A stretch of 64,000 nt of DNA, from the NCBI GenBank assembly GCA_951406725.2, contig OX597831.1:46376001-46440000 (forward strand), in the 5' to 3' direction. Origin of the DNA: Octopus vulgaris (lineage: Eukaryota). Under the pieces are notes generated by a model. The model saw only the letters and a program-made list of their open reading frames with translations, was not told the origin of the DNA and did no database searches. The position numbers and the translations under genes were made by a program. The number at the start of each line of letters is the position of its first letter. The stretch's first letter is position 1. Of this stretch, positions 13,293 through 26,973 are shown piece after piece.

Positions 13293-14276
13293 ATTTATAT
13301 ACATGCATACTATAATTTGTCATGTCGTTAAAAAAGAGGCAGCGGCAAAGAATCTTTACTAATAATATTTTAGTGGAGAACCACTGATCGAGATAATTGC
13401 CTTTGTTCAGCGTCGGAGAGGCAGGAAAGAGCAGTTCTTGAATAAATTCCACCTTTCTCTCCATTTCTCAGAGACGACATTCCGAGAGCCATTCAACCAT
13501 TTAATATTGTTGTCTTCACTTGTGATACTCCTCCCATCCTTCCTTCCTTCTTTCCTTCCTTCCTTGCTAGCTTAATTCCAACCCCTTTTTCCACATTTCT
13601 CCCTGCATCCCACTTTGCATTCTTATTCTTCAAACAATAATTTTCGGTCTTCCAACTGGATACGCAAACTCATTCAAGGGAGATAACTCCTCGTGCTTGA
13701 ATTATGAGTTACAAATCGTGCATAATTTATCTTTCTTGTACGTAAGATTTTCCTTTTGTTTTTATTTACTTTCCCGAGATACTCTACGTGCGAATCTACC
13801 ACAGCAGTAAGATTTGATTCCTGTGAGTGTTTTAAACTAAAGTACATAGCATGCTCATTTGATGAGTGTAAGCTCAGAATTATATATATATATTCGTCCT
13901 GTCGAAAAGACGCTTGTCTGTGACGTCCTGTTTTTGTTGCTATTATTATTATCATTATTGTTTTTACGTATTTTTGTATTCTTATTCGTGCTATCACAAA
14001 TATCACAATATTCGTGCGATATTGAAAGCTAATTACCCCAACATAGCAAGGCCAACTCAAGAGAAATTTGATCGAAAGAAATAATTAAATGTGATGATGC
14101 CCTAATGTGTGTATCTACTAATTTTGAAGTCTCGTGTAAGCACATACAGTTCCATCTGAAATGGACGCGATTACCAGCATCCTAAAAGGCAGAGCTTGAA
14201 AAATCGCCTTTGAGAAGATACTATTGAAACAATGTTACTTCACAAATAAATTATATATATGTACATTCAGACACAC

Positions 14277-14290
14277 AGTACTCACCAAAG
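14277..14290 (-). promoter_or_regulatory. Putative 5' splice donor in the GPCR 3' UTR
   Basis: Minus strand 'ctttg|GTGAGTAC', 181 nt after the stop. Same motif at 27964 and 46314. Confidence 0.6.
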
Positions 14291-14466
14291 AGCTTTTATT
14301 TAGTTCAGTGTAGTTACATACTCTGATTGTTTTATTTATTTTAATATAACGCTTAAATGTTTAGGTAAAATTATTTTACATGGTGAATATTTGAAACTGG
14401 GAAGAACTTGCCGTGTTCATTTCGAGTGGTATGTTTCATTTGCGGATAAGCTATAAGGTGACGAAT

Positions 14467-15549
14467 TCAATGAGTTTCGATATTTTGTTTTTTACATAGC
14501 TGGAAAATGTTGTGAAATAAAGCAAGTAATTCATTACGAAACTGCCGATTGAAAACCCCGTAGATATACGGGTTAAGAGCAGAGCTGAGATAAGAAGAAT
14601 AGAATAAAAACTTGTGAATCACTAGATCTTTATCACTTGCAACGTAATCAAAATCTTCAACAAACAACCTCCAGTATATTCCAATGAAATGTGGTATGTA
14701 ACTGATAATCCAGATCAAGGTGATAACGAAGAGTATTAAAGTAGACCAAGCTGGTGGCACCGGTTGCTTTCTAAGACGCGCAAAAGCGGTAGAACTAATA
14801 TCTGTAGACTGACCTTCAGGTTTGGAAATGTTAGGAGTTGTGAAGGCTTCACGAAACTGATTTGCTTTATTTTTCTTCGCTTTGTAAATTTTCCAAATGC
14901 GCATTCCAATTAATATGTATATAATGAAAAGAATGATAAACATACAGCAGCAAACGGTTGATCCAGTAGTGTAATAAGCAAAAAAATTTATTGTGCCATT
15001 TATATAAGGAGAAAATGCACAAACTCCTCCAATATCGCCACATTGTTCCACCATTTTGTTTTGTGTGCCGGATACAAAAATTGATGGTGCAGACAAAATG
15101 AACGCGATGATTGTTAAACATGCTAAAATTGTTTTTGAATTCTTAACGGAAATACTTTGTTTAAGAGGTCGACATATGAGAATGTATCTATCGACTGCTA
15201 TAACAAACACAATGAAAGCTGAATTGGTTATTGCTGCAACTGTCACAGAACGTATCATACGACATGCAACATCACTGTGAAACGTATAGGGAAAACGTAG
15301 AACTACAATGTCCATAGGTATACATATTATGCAAGTTAGAAAATCACACACCGAGAGTGCTACAATGAACATATGCATGGCTGTCTCATCAAATTTATAA
15401 TAGTATATGTATGATACAAAGCAATTTCCAATTGCTCCAAGTGCCATTGAAATTCCGAGATACGTTATCACTGGAAAATAAACATCCACCATTTTAGTAT
15501 TTAGTTCTAAAATACTAACGCAAATGTTGACACTGTTGTTTTGCTCCAT
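14467..15549 (-). CDS. Class A (rhodopsin-like) orphan GPCR, 360 aa, uninterrupted ORF
   Basis: Seven hydrophobic segments, TM1 GN, TM2 LSVCD, TM3 C..AVDRYILICRP, ECL2 Cys, TM6 WIISYIP, TM7 NPYIY, helix 8 FRNEL, N-terminal NNS glycosylation site. Confidence 0.95.
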   Translation of the reverse strand: MEQNNSVNICVSILELNTKMVDVYFPVITYLGISMALGAIGNCFVSYIYYYKFDETAMHMFIVALSVCDFLTCIICIPMDIVVLRFPYTFHSDVACRMIRSVTVAAITNSAFIVFVIAVDRYILICRPLKQSISVKNSKTILACLTIIAFILSAPSIFVSGTQNKMVEQCGDIGGVCAFSPYINGTINFFAYYTTGSTVCCCMFIILFIIYILIGMRIWKIYKAKKNKANQFREAFTTPNISKPEGQSTDISSTAFARLRKQPVPPAWSTLILFVITLIWIISYIPHFIGIYWRLFVEDFDYVASDKDLVIHKFLFYSSYLSSALNPYIYGVFNRQFRNELLALFHNIFQLCKKQNIETH

Positions 15550-15614
15550 TTTCTTAATATTGTTTGAAACTTTGAGGAAAGTGTTATGATTTGCGATTGT
15601 AGACCTCGTACTTC

Positions 15615-15645
15615 CTGGAAAGACAAAGAAAAGTTGTTTGTAAAC
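15615..15645 (-). promoter_or_regulatory. Putative 3' splice acceptor upstream of the GPCR ATG
   Basis: Minus strand 'acttttctttgtctttccag|gaag', conserved in the paralogue at 29394. Confidence 0.7.
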
Positions 15646-15699
15646 AGTTTATTCCAACAGACTTTATGAAATATTCTGCTTTACATCGAGAGTTAAGTT

Positions 15700-16610
15700 A
15701 ACAGATTTTACAGTTCTATATTTAAGAGATGTGGAATTATGTACATTATTTACATTTGACGGATATCAGTCAAGAAAACATTAGATTTATAAGCCCTGTG
15801 TTTTCATTTTAACTCCATCCCACAGGGGTAGGTGGTCTCCATTTTTCCATACATGATCAGCTATACCCGATTTATCAATATCTCCTCGTGTCACAGCTTT
15901 GCTATGTTTCTCTATCCCTACTTTGAAGGAGCGGCATGTTTCGCCCTTGTATAATCTACCACAGCTGCATGGGATGGAGTACACGCAATCTTTGGTCATA
16001 TTCTCTTCTGTTGAGTGTTTTACTCGAAGGAGATATTTGCGAAGTGTTGTATTACTCTTGAATACTGTCCTGACGTCATATGGGCCACGTATCTTTTGTA
16101 TCTTTTCGGAGAGGTCTTTCACATAGGGTAGACAGACTGTGAACAGTTTATTGGTTTCATTCTCTCTTTTCATAACTGGAGTGGATAATATGTTTTTGGG
16201 GTAGTTGTTGCTTAATAGATTGTTATTGAGCTTGATAATTTCTTCGTGGTGTATACGGACGTCCTGAATCCATACTTGGAAAGTTAGATGGTTTGAAAGA
16301 CGAGCTAGTTTTTGTTGAAGTGTCCCTGTGTCTCCATTGAAATGTAATGTCGGCTCAGTTCTACATTTTAGAAATAAGGAATTATGTACATTATTTACAT
16401 TAGTTACTTTTGACGGGTATTTGTCCTCATCGTGTTTGTTGTTAACATAACGTTTCGGCTGGTTGGATTTTGGGGCTTGTAAATCTAATATTTTCCTATC
16501 CTTCCTTAAAACCGATGAAGACTGGAGGGTATATCAGCCGAAACGTTACGTTAACAACATACAAGAAGTGGAGAAATATCCGACATGTGTAAATAATGTA
16601 AATAATGTCA
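15700..16610 (-). mobile_element. Penelope-like element fragment (GIY-YIG endonuclease) with direct and inverted terminal repeats
   Basis: ORF 15787-16173 has CVYSIPCSCGRLYKGET...H...SGIADH. 15720-15770 resembles 16368-16425, and 16365-16461 is inverted relative to 16535-16605. The segment is absent from the paralogous position at ~29480. Confidence 0.85.
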
Positions 16611-17389
16611 ACAAAGATTTGTACAAAAACAAGAAATACATTTATCAAATATTAATTACGCATGATATTTATGAACGAATATTTGTGAATATACACTGTG
16701 AAATTGCTAAATTTTCGATATCAATCATATATTGGGAAGAGCTAGTAAATAAGCCATATAAGTATGTGCTTCTGTGTATGTGTGTGCTCGTTGTTAATGG
16801 TTGAATCCGAAGAACATTAAGCAGTAAATAATAGAATTATGGTTGAAAATACCATTTGGAAGGATGAATTCTATTCTTGGGTCTCGAACCTACACGTGTT
16901 GCAAATATGATAGACGTTCTGCCATTGGACCAAAATAATCTTTCAAATTTCTCCATCCATTTTCGAAACTTTGTTCTTATAAGTGAGAACTGCATATTGG
17001 TGAGATTTCGTGTGAAATAATTCGTTTTTAATGGTTAAAGTCGAAGTAGATAAAGTTATATGTAATAGCATCTAAATATTGGCTTAAGAAACACTTTGGG
17101 GAGAAAAAGCCGAATGTATGTATGTATGTATGTATGTATGTATGTATGTATGTATGTATGTATGTATGTATGTATGTATGTATGTATGTATGTATGTATG
17201 TATGTATAATAACACTGTTTTCTGCAGCTGCACTAAATGGGTTTTATGCCTGTTCCTCTCTCCATCTGTACAAATCTGTAGGTATAGTTTCTGTTGTACC
17301 TATAACTACTGGGATACATTTTACCCGCACTTTGTAATCTAATAGCTAGGTCCTGGAACTTTGTTATTTTTCTATACCTCTCATATTTA

Positions 17390-20300
17390 TTTTTTCATAA
17401 CTTGGGACTGTAAAGTCAATTAATTGGTACTGTCTACTACTTCTAAATTAGGCTTTCTCTTACTATGTCAGTCTGAATGTTGGCTCTAGGTTGACATGCC
17501 CGTTCCATATATTCTTTCTGTGCCAGCATAATACATTCACTTACTATATGAGTAACACATTCCTCTTTTGATTTGCATAACCTACATTGGGAATGCACTT
17601 AATTTTTGTCTGTTTTAGTTTTTTATCCAATTAATCCTTGATACTTGATCTTGTGCTGCTTCTAACAAACTTTCTGTCTCTCGTTTCAGCCGTCCTTTCT
17701 GCAACCATAACCATGTCTCACTACTACTATTTGCTACAATCATCTTTGGGAATCTACCATGCAAAGCCTTCTCCTGCCAGTCTTTTGTTTGTTTTTCTGG
17801 CTTTTAACTTTGTTTGTTTTTTTGTTTTCCCTATGTCTTGCTGTGATTGAAGTAGCTCTCTAAACATTCTTTACTATTATCTACGTAGGAGTCTATATCT
17901 ACTCTAGCTAACTCCACACAGTCTTCTACTGATATTATCCCTCTTCCACTTCCTTTCTAGCCAAGTATAATCTTGCTACTCCTGTGTTGGATGGAGTCCT
18001 CCATTCATATTGAATTCATTCCCAATTCTTCTGTCTAACTTTGCTAATGTAGTTTTTGTCCAATCTACAAAAACTGCTGAGTATCTAAGTAAAGATACTA
18101 TCCACGTATTTAAAGCCTTCACTAGTTTCGGACAATTTAGTTTTGATTTCATAAACTTCCTTATCCTTCTGATGTACTCCTTCTCAATTTTCGTTTCCGT
18201 TTCTATAATTAGTACTCTGTCAGATCTAATACTCCTAGATACTTATAACTCTCTACTTCTCTCGGTGATTTTAATGTCTGGCCATCTCGTAATTGGATGC
18301 ATTAGCTTTTGACTGCCTGTCCCCTTTTCATGACAAATATTGCATACTTATCTATGCCAAATTCCATCCTATATCTTTGCTGAACAGTCTTGCTGTCTGT
18401 ATTAAGGAATCTCTCTTTTTCATTCTTAACAGGGTTCCGACAGTTATTCGTACTACTACCACCTTTTCCATCGACCACAATTGCTTAACCTCTCAAGTTA
18501 ACCTGTCATATCTATCGACATTTTTCTTCCTTATCGTATACCTTGTTGTCAGCTGTGCATGCTATATCCAGCATCGTTTGCTTTCTTTCTCAATTAACAC
18601 TTTGTCTAGTTTCCTACTCTCTATCTCATGGTTTAATGCTCGTACCACGTTTTTGCTCTGTTAAGTCCATACTTGTTGCAAAGCGTCCAATGGCATGCAT
18701 TGACTAGTAATATGCCACAAGTTTCACCATTTTGTCTACAAAGTCTGCACTTATCACTATCCAATGTGTTGTGTATTCTGTATTTGATGTAATTCGTTCT
18801 TGATGCTTGCTCTTCGACGGCACAGATTAGGGATTATGTTTCCGGTTTTAAATCACTTTTAGTCATCCATAGCCATCTTTTCTCTCTCTGTCTTATCATC
18901 AACATCCCTATGAAATTGTCCATGCATTCTTTCTTTGTCCACCTATTTTCAGTTTCATTCACTCTCAAAGTGCTTGTACAGTGCTTTATCTTTGCAATCT
19001 TCCATCCTACACAAGCCTGACCTTCTTACGTCCAATAATAGTGGTTCTGTGGCATATTTTACATAGCATGCTATGCTGTTTTCCTCTGCTCTAATGCTGT
19101 GTTCGCATCAAATAAGTCTTCTTTCCCCTCCTTTTCTCGGTACATACAGTCTGTCTGTGTCACGTTTTGGATGGAGTATCCCATATCTAGTCAGCAACTT
19201 CCTTGTCATTCCGTTTAAGCTGTTTAATTAGTCTACTGTCCATGCAATTACCTCTGCTCCATATCTAAGTAGTGAAACTGCCCAGGTGTTGATAGCTTCA
19301 ATCTTATTCCGTACGTTTAATTTTAACTTAAGGATCAGTCTCAGTCTGCGCAAGTACTCCACTTTAAATCTTTCTGTCATTTCTTTCTCCATCAATTTAT
19401 CCATTTCCCAAATCCCCAGGTACTTATAGCCCGTATCTTCTATCTGCTTCATAACCTCCCCCGGCAGTATCGCTAGCTCGTCCATACATTTGATTTTGCC
19501 TCTCTTCAAGACTAACGCACCATACTTTTTCAGTCCGAACTCCATTTTGATGTCAGCACTGAAAGTATACACCGTATCAACGAACGAACTGACTTGGGAT
19601 TCATCTTTACCATAAAGGTTGAGGTCATCCATGAATAATAAGTGGTTGACATTTGTTGGCGGCTTTTGAATACATACACAGCCTTTGCTTTCCTCAGAAT
19701 CAGTGTTAGTGGTATCATGTACAGTACAAAGATCAGTGGTGACAGGCAGTTCCCTTTGAAGATGTCTTTCCTGATTTCTATTGTCCCTAAACTTCTTCCA
19801 TTTGCTGTCAACTTCGTCCCCCAATTCGCCTTACTTTTTCCAAGTAATCGCTCAACATTCGATGCAATACCAAGTAGGTCCATACGTTCCATAACCCAAG
19901 AATGTGGGATCATATCATACGCCTTACGATAATCGATCCATGACATGGCCAAGTTAGTTTACCTCCTCTTGCAGTCTCAAAGTACATTTTTGTCTACACG
20001 GAGTTGATCCCTGGTGCCTCTGCACTCAGGCTTGCAACTCTTCTGCTCATGTGGCAGGATTCCATTTCCCCGCCATATGTTCGTACATTGACTCTGCGAG
20101 TATTCCAGTCAATAATTTCCACATAAGTGGCAAGCAGGATATCGGCCTGTAATTGTCTACCGTATTGCCTTTATCGATGTTTTTCAAGCACAGCACTGTC
20201 CTACCCATTGTCAATCACTCTGGTGTTATTTAGCCGGCATGTAACAAGATGTTGAGTTGTGCAGCTATTCGTGCATGACATTCATCAAATCTTTTGATCC

Positions 20301-21045
20301 AGTAGCCTTGAATTCCATCTGAACAGTCTTGCAGTCCTTTTGCCCATTTTTTGTTGATTTCCTTCATTTCCCTAACAGAAATGACTAGTTCTGCCTGTTT
20401 TGGACAGACTACTGTTTGTTTAAGTTCTTGCAACCATTCAGCATCCTTCTTATGTTCCTTGTCTTTGCTCCAGATGTGTACTTCTCCAAAACATTTGGTT
20501 TTGAATGTTATCTGGTAGGATAGTGACATTTTTACCTTCATCGACTGGTTCAGGATCATGTTCATACCAGTAAGCAGGAGTGCTGATTTTGTGGTGTTTA
20601 CATATTTTCCAATGTAAATTCTGTCCTACCCTATCCTGGCGATTTTGTATACGTTTGGTGTCAGCACAGGACATCCTGAGACAAGATGGTCTATTGTTAA
20701 GTGAAATTTATCGCAGAATCTGCATTTAGGGTTAGAACCGTTTTGAAGAACGTTAGCTGGTAGCTTTTGGTAAGCAAGCTTTGATCTTGTGCCGCCAATA
20801 TGAAACCTTCAGTCTGTGCTTTCAGTCCTGAACTTCTCAGCCACTGATGGTTTGCTGCTTGGTCTACATCAGTATTTCGACTTCGAAGTATATACTGTCC
20901 ATGCAGAAGCTTCGGGCTCTACCGCTCCTCAATTTGTTTCTGCCCGTTCTTTTTGCAGTCTGCTTGATGACAGTGCTTTTAGGTTCTTCATCTAATTCAG
21001 GGTTAATGCCAAGTTTCCTTGCGAATTTGTTGTACTCTTTCGCCA
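17390..21045 (-). mobile_element. Duplicate of the R4/Dong-like LINE relic
   Basis: ORFs 19228-19824 and 19530-19952 are nearly identical to 2201-2797 and 2503-2925. Confidence 0.85.
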
Positions 21046-23430
21046 CAACTTTCTCTCACTCTCTCTTCCTGTTTCTTGAGTAACGATACGATGGACTGGC
21101 GTCCCGTTCAGCTGGGAGGAACACATACGCAACAGAAAGCGGGAAACCGGGCCCATGAGCCTAGCTAGGTTTGAAAAGGGCGACGTTTTTTTTTGTTATA
21201 TAAACGCAGAGTTAGTAAAAATACATCGAAAAATGCAGATGAAATGAAAATGATGTTAAAATTATTTGCAACTTTTATACATTTTTACGAGAGATAATGC
21301 TATTCAACGATTATTACTCTGTATGCAAGCACTAAGGACGTTCTCTGTTTTCTTTGATTCCTAAACTATCAACGTTCTATGAAGAAGTAAAATAAAGATT
21401 CTATATATTACTGCCAGATGGTAAATAATTTCATCTTTAATTTCAATTAATGACTCTCTTCGTGATATATCGATTTAATAAGTTATAGGTTATATCGTGC
21501 TGAAGGTTTCGAAAACAAATGAAATAGTGCTATACTTAATCAACACGCACTAGCAATTGGAAATATATCGCAATAGATAAAAGGAAATTGAATATGAGAG
21601 TTCTGTGAGTATACTTTCTTGTAGTTCTTAATTTTCAACCCTGCCTCACATCGCGAACGAATAGTTATTTTCCTTGCATTGACGGCTATTCCGAGAGGAA
21701 ACGTGTATTTGAACACGAATATACTAAATCTTAAAGAATTCATATTTCATCACAAAATGATGAATGAAACAAACAGAAAATACGAAAACAGGTGGGTGAA
21801 TAGAAGACTACAGGAAACTTAGACAAAACGGGACGGTGTGATCTGTATATATATGCAAGAATAATTAGTAAGAATTTTTCGGAATAAATTAGAAGACAGC
21901 CGCTGCAGTCCGTCAAAAATAGAAATGTGATGTGTTGTCAAGCCCACAAGGTCTCCAGGAACCATAAAATGTTCTTAAGTACTGGCAATGCTGTTTTTGT
22001 GTTTCGTATCGTTCTTGATATTTAAACTTCATATGCGATGTCTTGCCTTGAAACCTACCAATTAGTCTTTCACCAAGCAATTCCCGCATAACTATTTGCT
22101 AATCTGGTCACTGAAGGTTTCAAGTGCCGGGAACGATACGTTAGCATATTATTTTAATGACACAGTTGACAATACGTAGAATAAACAAATTAAAGTAATA
22201 TATGATATAGGTCAAAGTAATGGTAATTTTGTAGCTAATTTAAATGAAATTTGTTATGAGAGAGACATAAAAAGGAGACAGAGAGGGAGATAAAGCAGGG
22301 AGAGAGGGAAAGAGAGGGGGAAAGAGGGAGAGAAAGACAGAGAGAGAGGGAGAGAGAGAGAGGGACAGAGATAGATAGAGAAGGATAGACAGGGAAAGAG
22401 AGGGGGAGAGATAAAAGTCGACAGAGAATATGGGAGATGGAGAAAAAAAAAAAAGCATGAGAAAATTTTCTGTCACTAAAACATATATGAGCTCTTTTCG
22501 TAAATTGACAAAACTACACATAATCATAATAGTTGAATGTGATGTTGATATTCAGATGACATTCCTAAATGTTGAGTAAGAAATCCTTTCTACGACAAGT
22601 ACAAGGCCTGAAATGTTGGGAGAGGGGACTAGTCGATTACGTCGACCACCAGTGTTTCACTGGTACTTAATTTATCGACCTCGAAAGGATAAAAGGCAAA
22701 GTTGAACTCAGCGGAATTTGAACTCAGATTGTGCAGACGTACGCAATGCCGCTAAGCATTTTAGTTTGTTAGAAGTCTAACTGAATAAGTTTAGAATAGT
22801 ATTTTAACAGAAAAATCATTTGGACCAATATAGCGTTTTTTTAATGCGGAATCGTCTAGGCAATTCTGAAGAGACTAGTGAAAAAGTTCCAATATTCGGA
22901 TAAACCTTACGGACTATTTGTATATCTGTAAGCAAAGACAGAAAAAAAGGAAAAGTGAAAGGTTGCTATCAATGCCTTATATGGACTTAGGAGTATTTAG
23001 ATGGACTTGAAATCCAAGTTGTCTAATTTCACAAGGTTTTGACTGTGATAGGGACATTTAAATACAGCAATGGCAGTTGAAAAGACGCAACACAGTAAGA
23101 GTAGCAATTGATTTATATGCAGCGAATGTTAAATCTTGTGCCTAGTCCCTCAAACTGCTAGAAACAGAAAACAATTTTCTCTCATATAACATCCTAACTC
23201 AATAAAGAAAAGGTGGAATGGTTGTGAAGAGAGTGTCGTTGATCAGAGATTTGTTGGATTAGGACTGACCTGAGGATAAACTATATCTGATTTATATAAT
23301 ATCCCGAGTAAATGTGATTTGATAGATGTTTGAGTGGATAAAGTAGTGAGATATATAATTATTAATGTTCTTTGATCTATGGAGCTCAACACCACCACCA
23401 CCAACAATAGCAAAACATGCTAAAATTGAC

Positions 23431-23473
<43 letters not shown>

Positions 23474-23789
23474 TAGAGAGAGAGAGACAGAGACAGAGAG
23501 AGAACAATATATTAAGTTATGTTAGAAAAGATGGTTCAGGAAATACAACTCCTGAAAAAAAAAAAGAAAAGAGAGACAACATGATCACTGGTGAATTGTT
23601 TTTGATGATTGATTTGTTGGATCAGCTTCGATTACGGAGCTAAGCAAGAGGAAAATCATTAATATTATAAGCGTATACATACCACCAGCAGTATTAGTAG
23701 ACGTTTCGTTACTCTTCTCATGAGAGACTCAACACATTTCGCAAGTAAATATAATTTTAATACGTCACTCATCCTGTTACAATTAAAAG

Positions 23790-24330
23790 TTAATTGGCAT
23801 CCTTTCTGTCTCGGGAGACAATGGAGTTGCGCATCTTTTTTTTTTTTTTTTTGTAGTCTAGTCCGGCTTTTATATCTCATGTCCTGATACATTTCCTGCT
23901 GTGGCTGTGTAGTCCTATCCTGGACAAACACTCCCTCTGGCAGGTGCCGCAAATGTAGCTAAGACTGTTCCTGGCTGGTTGTAGAGCCATAGTCTCAAGA
24001 GACTATGGCACTACAAAAGTTAATTAATCTAACCATATAGGGACACCAATATCTCTCATCAAGTAATCCAGTTAGCTCAAGACATCATCAGGAGGAACCA
24101 CGTTCGGTTTCGGCCCATAACTCATCTACCGTTTTGACGTGGCGCCTTTTTCGGAGGTGTGCTTCATTTCTGGTGTTGGGTGCATGTCTTCTTTCTTCTG
24201 TTCACATTATCTGACAGTCCATGATGCCGAACGTCAGTGAAGCATAGCCCTACATTTGTAAGATTCACACGTTACGAATCTTAGTCTAACTGTACCAAGT
24301 ACGTCTGCTGCGAGACTAAAAGACAAGAAT
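23790..24330 (-). mobile_element. RTE-clade LINE 3' fragment
   Basis: Minus strand at ~23875-23960 reads SYICGTCQRECLSRIGLHSHSRKCIRT*, the typical RTE terminal zinc finger, followed by a 3' stem-loop. Confidence 0.65.
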
Positions 24331-24367
24331 CTCTATTTAAAGGAATAGTTGATATAGAAGGAATTTC

Positions 24368-24598
24368 AGCACACCAACACCGGTTGTCAAGTGATGGTAG
24401 GAGAGACAAACACAGACACAGAAACACACACATACACACACACATACGACTGGCTTCTTTTCAGTTTCCGTCTACCAAATCCACTCACAAGGCTTTGGTC
24501 GACTCAAGGCTATAGCAGAATACGTTTGCCCAAGGTGACTCGCAGTGGGACTGAATCCGGAATCATGTGGTTGGGAAGCAAGCTTCTTACCATATAGC
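24368..24598 (-). mobile_element. SINE (family of 32700-33145), partial
   Basis: 'ttcagtttccgtctaccaaatccactcacaaggctttggtcg...cgcagtgggactgaa'. Confidence 0.85.
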
Positions 24599-24826
24599 CT
24601 TTTGGTAAGGTTCATGTAGTTATGTAGTCTGAAAACGCTTTATTTGTTTAAATATAATATTTAGATATTCAAAAATCATTGTCTTTTATGGCGAATCATG
24701 TTTGCAATTGCTAAAAAGCAAACAAAGAAAAACTTATTAATTTTTTAATATTTTAAACAGGCAAGAACTTGTAGTGTTCATTTTAAGTAATATAAAACAT
24801 CTGTGAATGATCATAAAATGTTCAGT

Positions 24827-25513
24827 TCAAGGAGTTCTGATATTTTGTCATTCTCATAACTGGAAAATTTTGCGAAATGAAGTTAGCAAAGGAATATGTT
24901 AATAATTTGTAAATCACTTGTTCTTTATCATTTGCAACGTCTACAAGATATGTATTTATCTTTTTCAACTAAAGAATATGTTGTCCCTTCTAAATAGCTA
25001 GAAAATGAACACACTTCTCCAATTTTCCCACATTCTCCCACAGTTTTAATTTCTTCTGCTGTACACAAAAAATGTTGGTATACTGGAGAAAAAAGGGCAA
25101 ATTGTAGAATTTTGTTAGAATTTCTGAAGGGAAATTTGTTTTTAAGAGACCGACATATAAGCAAGTTTCTATTGAGTGCAATCAAACGATGAATATCGTT
25201 AAAGCTAGCACAAGACGTATAACACGGCATGCAACATCACTGAGAAGTATTGGAAAATGTAGAACCATCATTTCCAGAGGTATAAATACTTTGCAAGCCA
25301 AGAAATCGCATACAGCGAATGCTGCAATGAACACATGCGTGGCTGTGTCATCAAATTTCTAATAGTATATATATGATACAAAGCAATTTCCAGTTGTTCC
25401 AAGTGCCATTGAATTTCCAAGATAAATTATTACACCAAAATAATAATTCACCATTTTTATGTTTAGTTCTTCAAAGATCTTAACACCGTCGATAAACTAG
25501 TGTTTTGGTCCAT
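24827..25513 (-). pseudogene. GPCR pseudogene (TM1 to ECL2 plus fragments; internal deletions)
   Basis: Reads MDQN...IIYLGNSMALGTTGNCFVSYIYY*KFDDTATHVF...AVCDFL and IALNRNLLICRSL (DRY lost), then TVGECGKIGEVCSFSSY. Stops and frameshifts present, TM5-TM6 deleted. Confidence 0.92.
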
Positions 25514-26908
25514 TTTCTTTTTCTCCAAGCACTTGGATATGTCGTTTGAGGCTACAGTGTTTTGATTAATTCAGAAAGATATTTCTTGTATTTTCAGGAG
25601 CGTGGGAAACCCACAAGGAAGCAGGTGCATCATTGCCAGTAAATACTAGGGACAAGGCCGCAGTTGCCACCCTTGTACCACTGAGGAATTTAACACCAAA
25701 TCATCAACAGCGAACATTTGGACATCAAGAAAGAAACATTTCATTGCACGTGCAAGCAACTTAAATTACGAAGTGCCAAGAATGACGCCTTGACCTCTAT
25801 CCCATCTATTTAACCTAGGCGAATTTATGATGTAACTGGAAAATTGCGGATGTGGACAATATAAATAGGAGACATATACTCATTGGAACTTAAGTCGGGT
25901 TTCTAAACTGAATACTTATGTGCAACTTATACATAGCATATATACAAGATACCAGATATATTGCGAAATGTATTTTATGGACTAATACATGCTCACTATT
26001 TGTGAAAGCATAATAAATTATACGATACTCAAGTACTTATATCTACAAAATTCGGTGTGTGTTACATGTTGCAGTCATTAGTATGCGTTTCAATATTTTT
26101 GTATTTTCATATTTCGGTACGCGTGAATATTCACGTATAATGCATTTAATCAATACTGAAAGCTAAATACCCCAACATAGCAAGGCTAACGCAAAGGAAA
26201 TAAGGAAGATAGAAATCACTAAATGAGATGATGGCCCAAATGTGTTTATCTACTAATTTTGAAGTCTCGTATAAGCTCGTGTATGCACATGTATTCGCAT
26301 TCAAAATGGACGTGATTACCAACATCCTAAAAGGCAGTTTTTTACATGACACCATTCAGGGCACTGTTACTTCACAAATAAATATTCTCTCTCCGTTGTT
26401 GAAAATTTAGGTATGTATTCAAAATTATTCAAAATTTATCATTTGGTTATAATATTTTTCTTGATAACCCTAAACTTTATCTTTAAACAACGTAACAAGA
26501 TTGTTTAAATTAATCACCTATAGTACCCCATGAAAACATTTCCTCTGTATTATCATCATTGGTATTATTAGCGTATTTTCCCTTTAACTGGTAATTAGCA
26601 TCTTGTTTTGAGATCTTATACTACCCAACCTCATTATAGCCAGTTACTTTATACTACTTCCAAATAATCTTGACAAGTTTTATGACTATACCCAATATGT
26701 TCTGTCAACTCTTTCCTGCCTTTTCATAATAGACACAATTCTCTAGTTTTAGATTTGATAAACAAGACTAATAAATTAAAACTGAACCAAAATCAGTGAC
26801 AAGCTATGACCGAAACAAATTTTTTCTCTTGATGTCTTAGAAACCTCTACTGAAGAACAAGCAACATGGACTATGACCAAACAAATTTTTCTCTTGATGT
26901 CTTAGAAA

Positions 26909-26973
<65 letters not shown>

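Larger units (their letters stand above)
17016..26840. repeat. Tandem segmental duplication, copy B
   Basis: Colinear with 1-9355 at an initial offset of 17015. Differs by indels: it lacks 3183-3907 and carries extra 24048-24615 and 24890-25530. Confidence 0.95.

Noticed and set aside
14467-15549. Assigning a gene symbol (CCK/orexin receptor-like) or calling these octopus chemotactile receptors
   Set aside because: Only generic class A motifs are visible, and chemotactile receptors are Cys-loop channels, not GPCRs.
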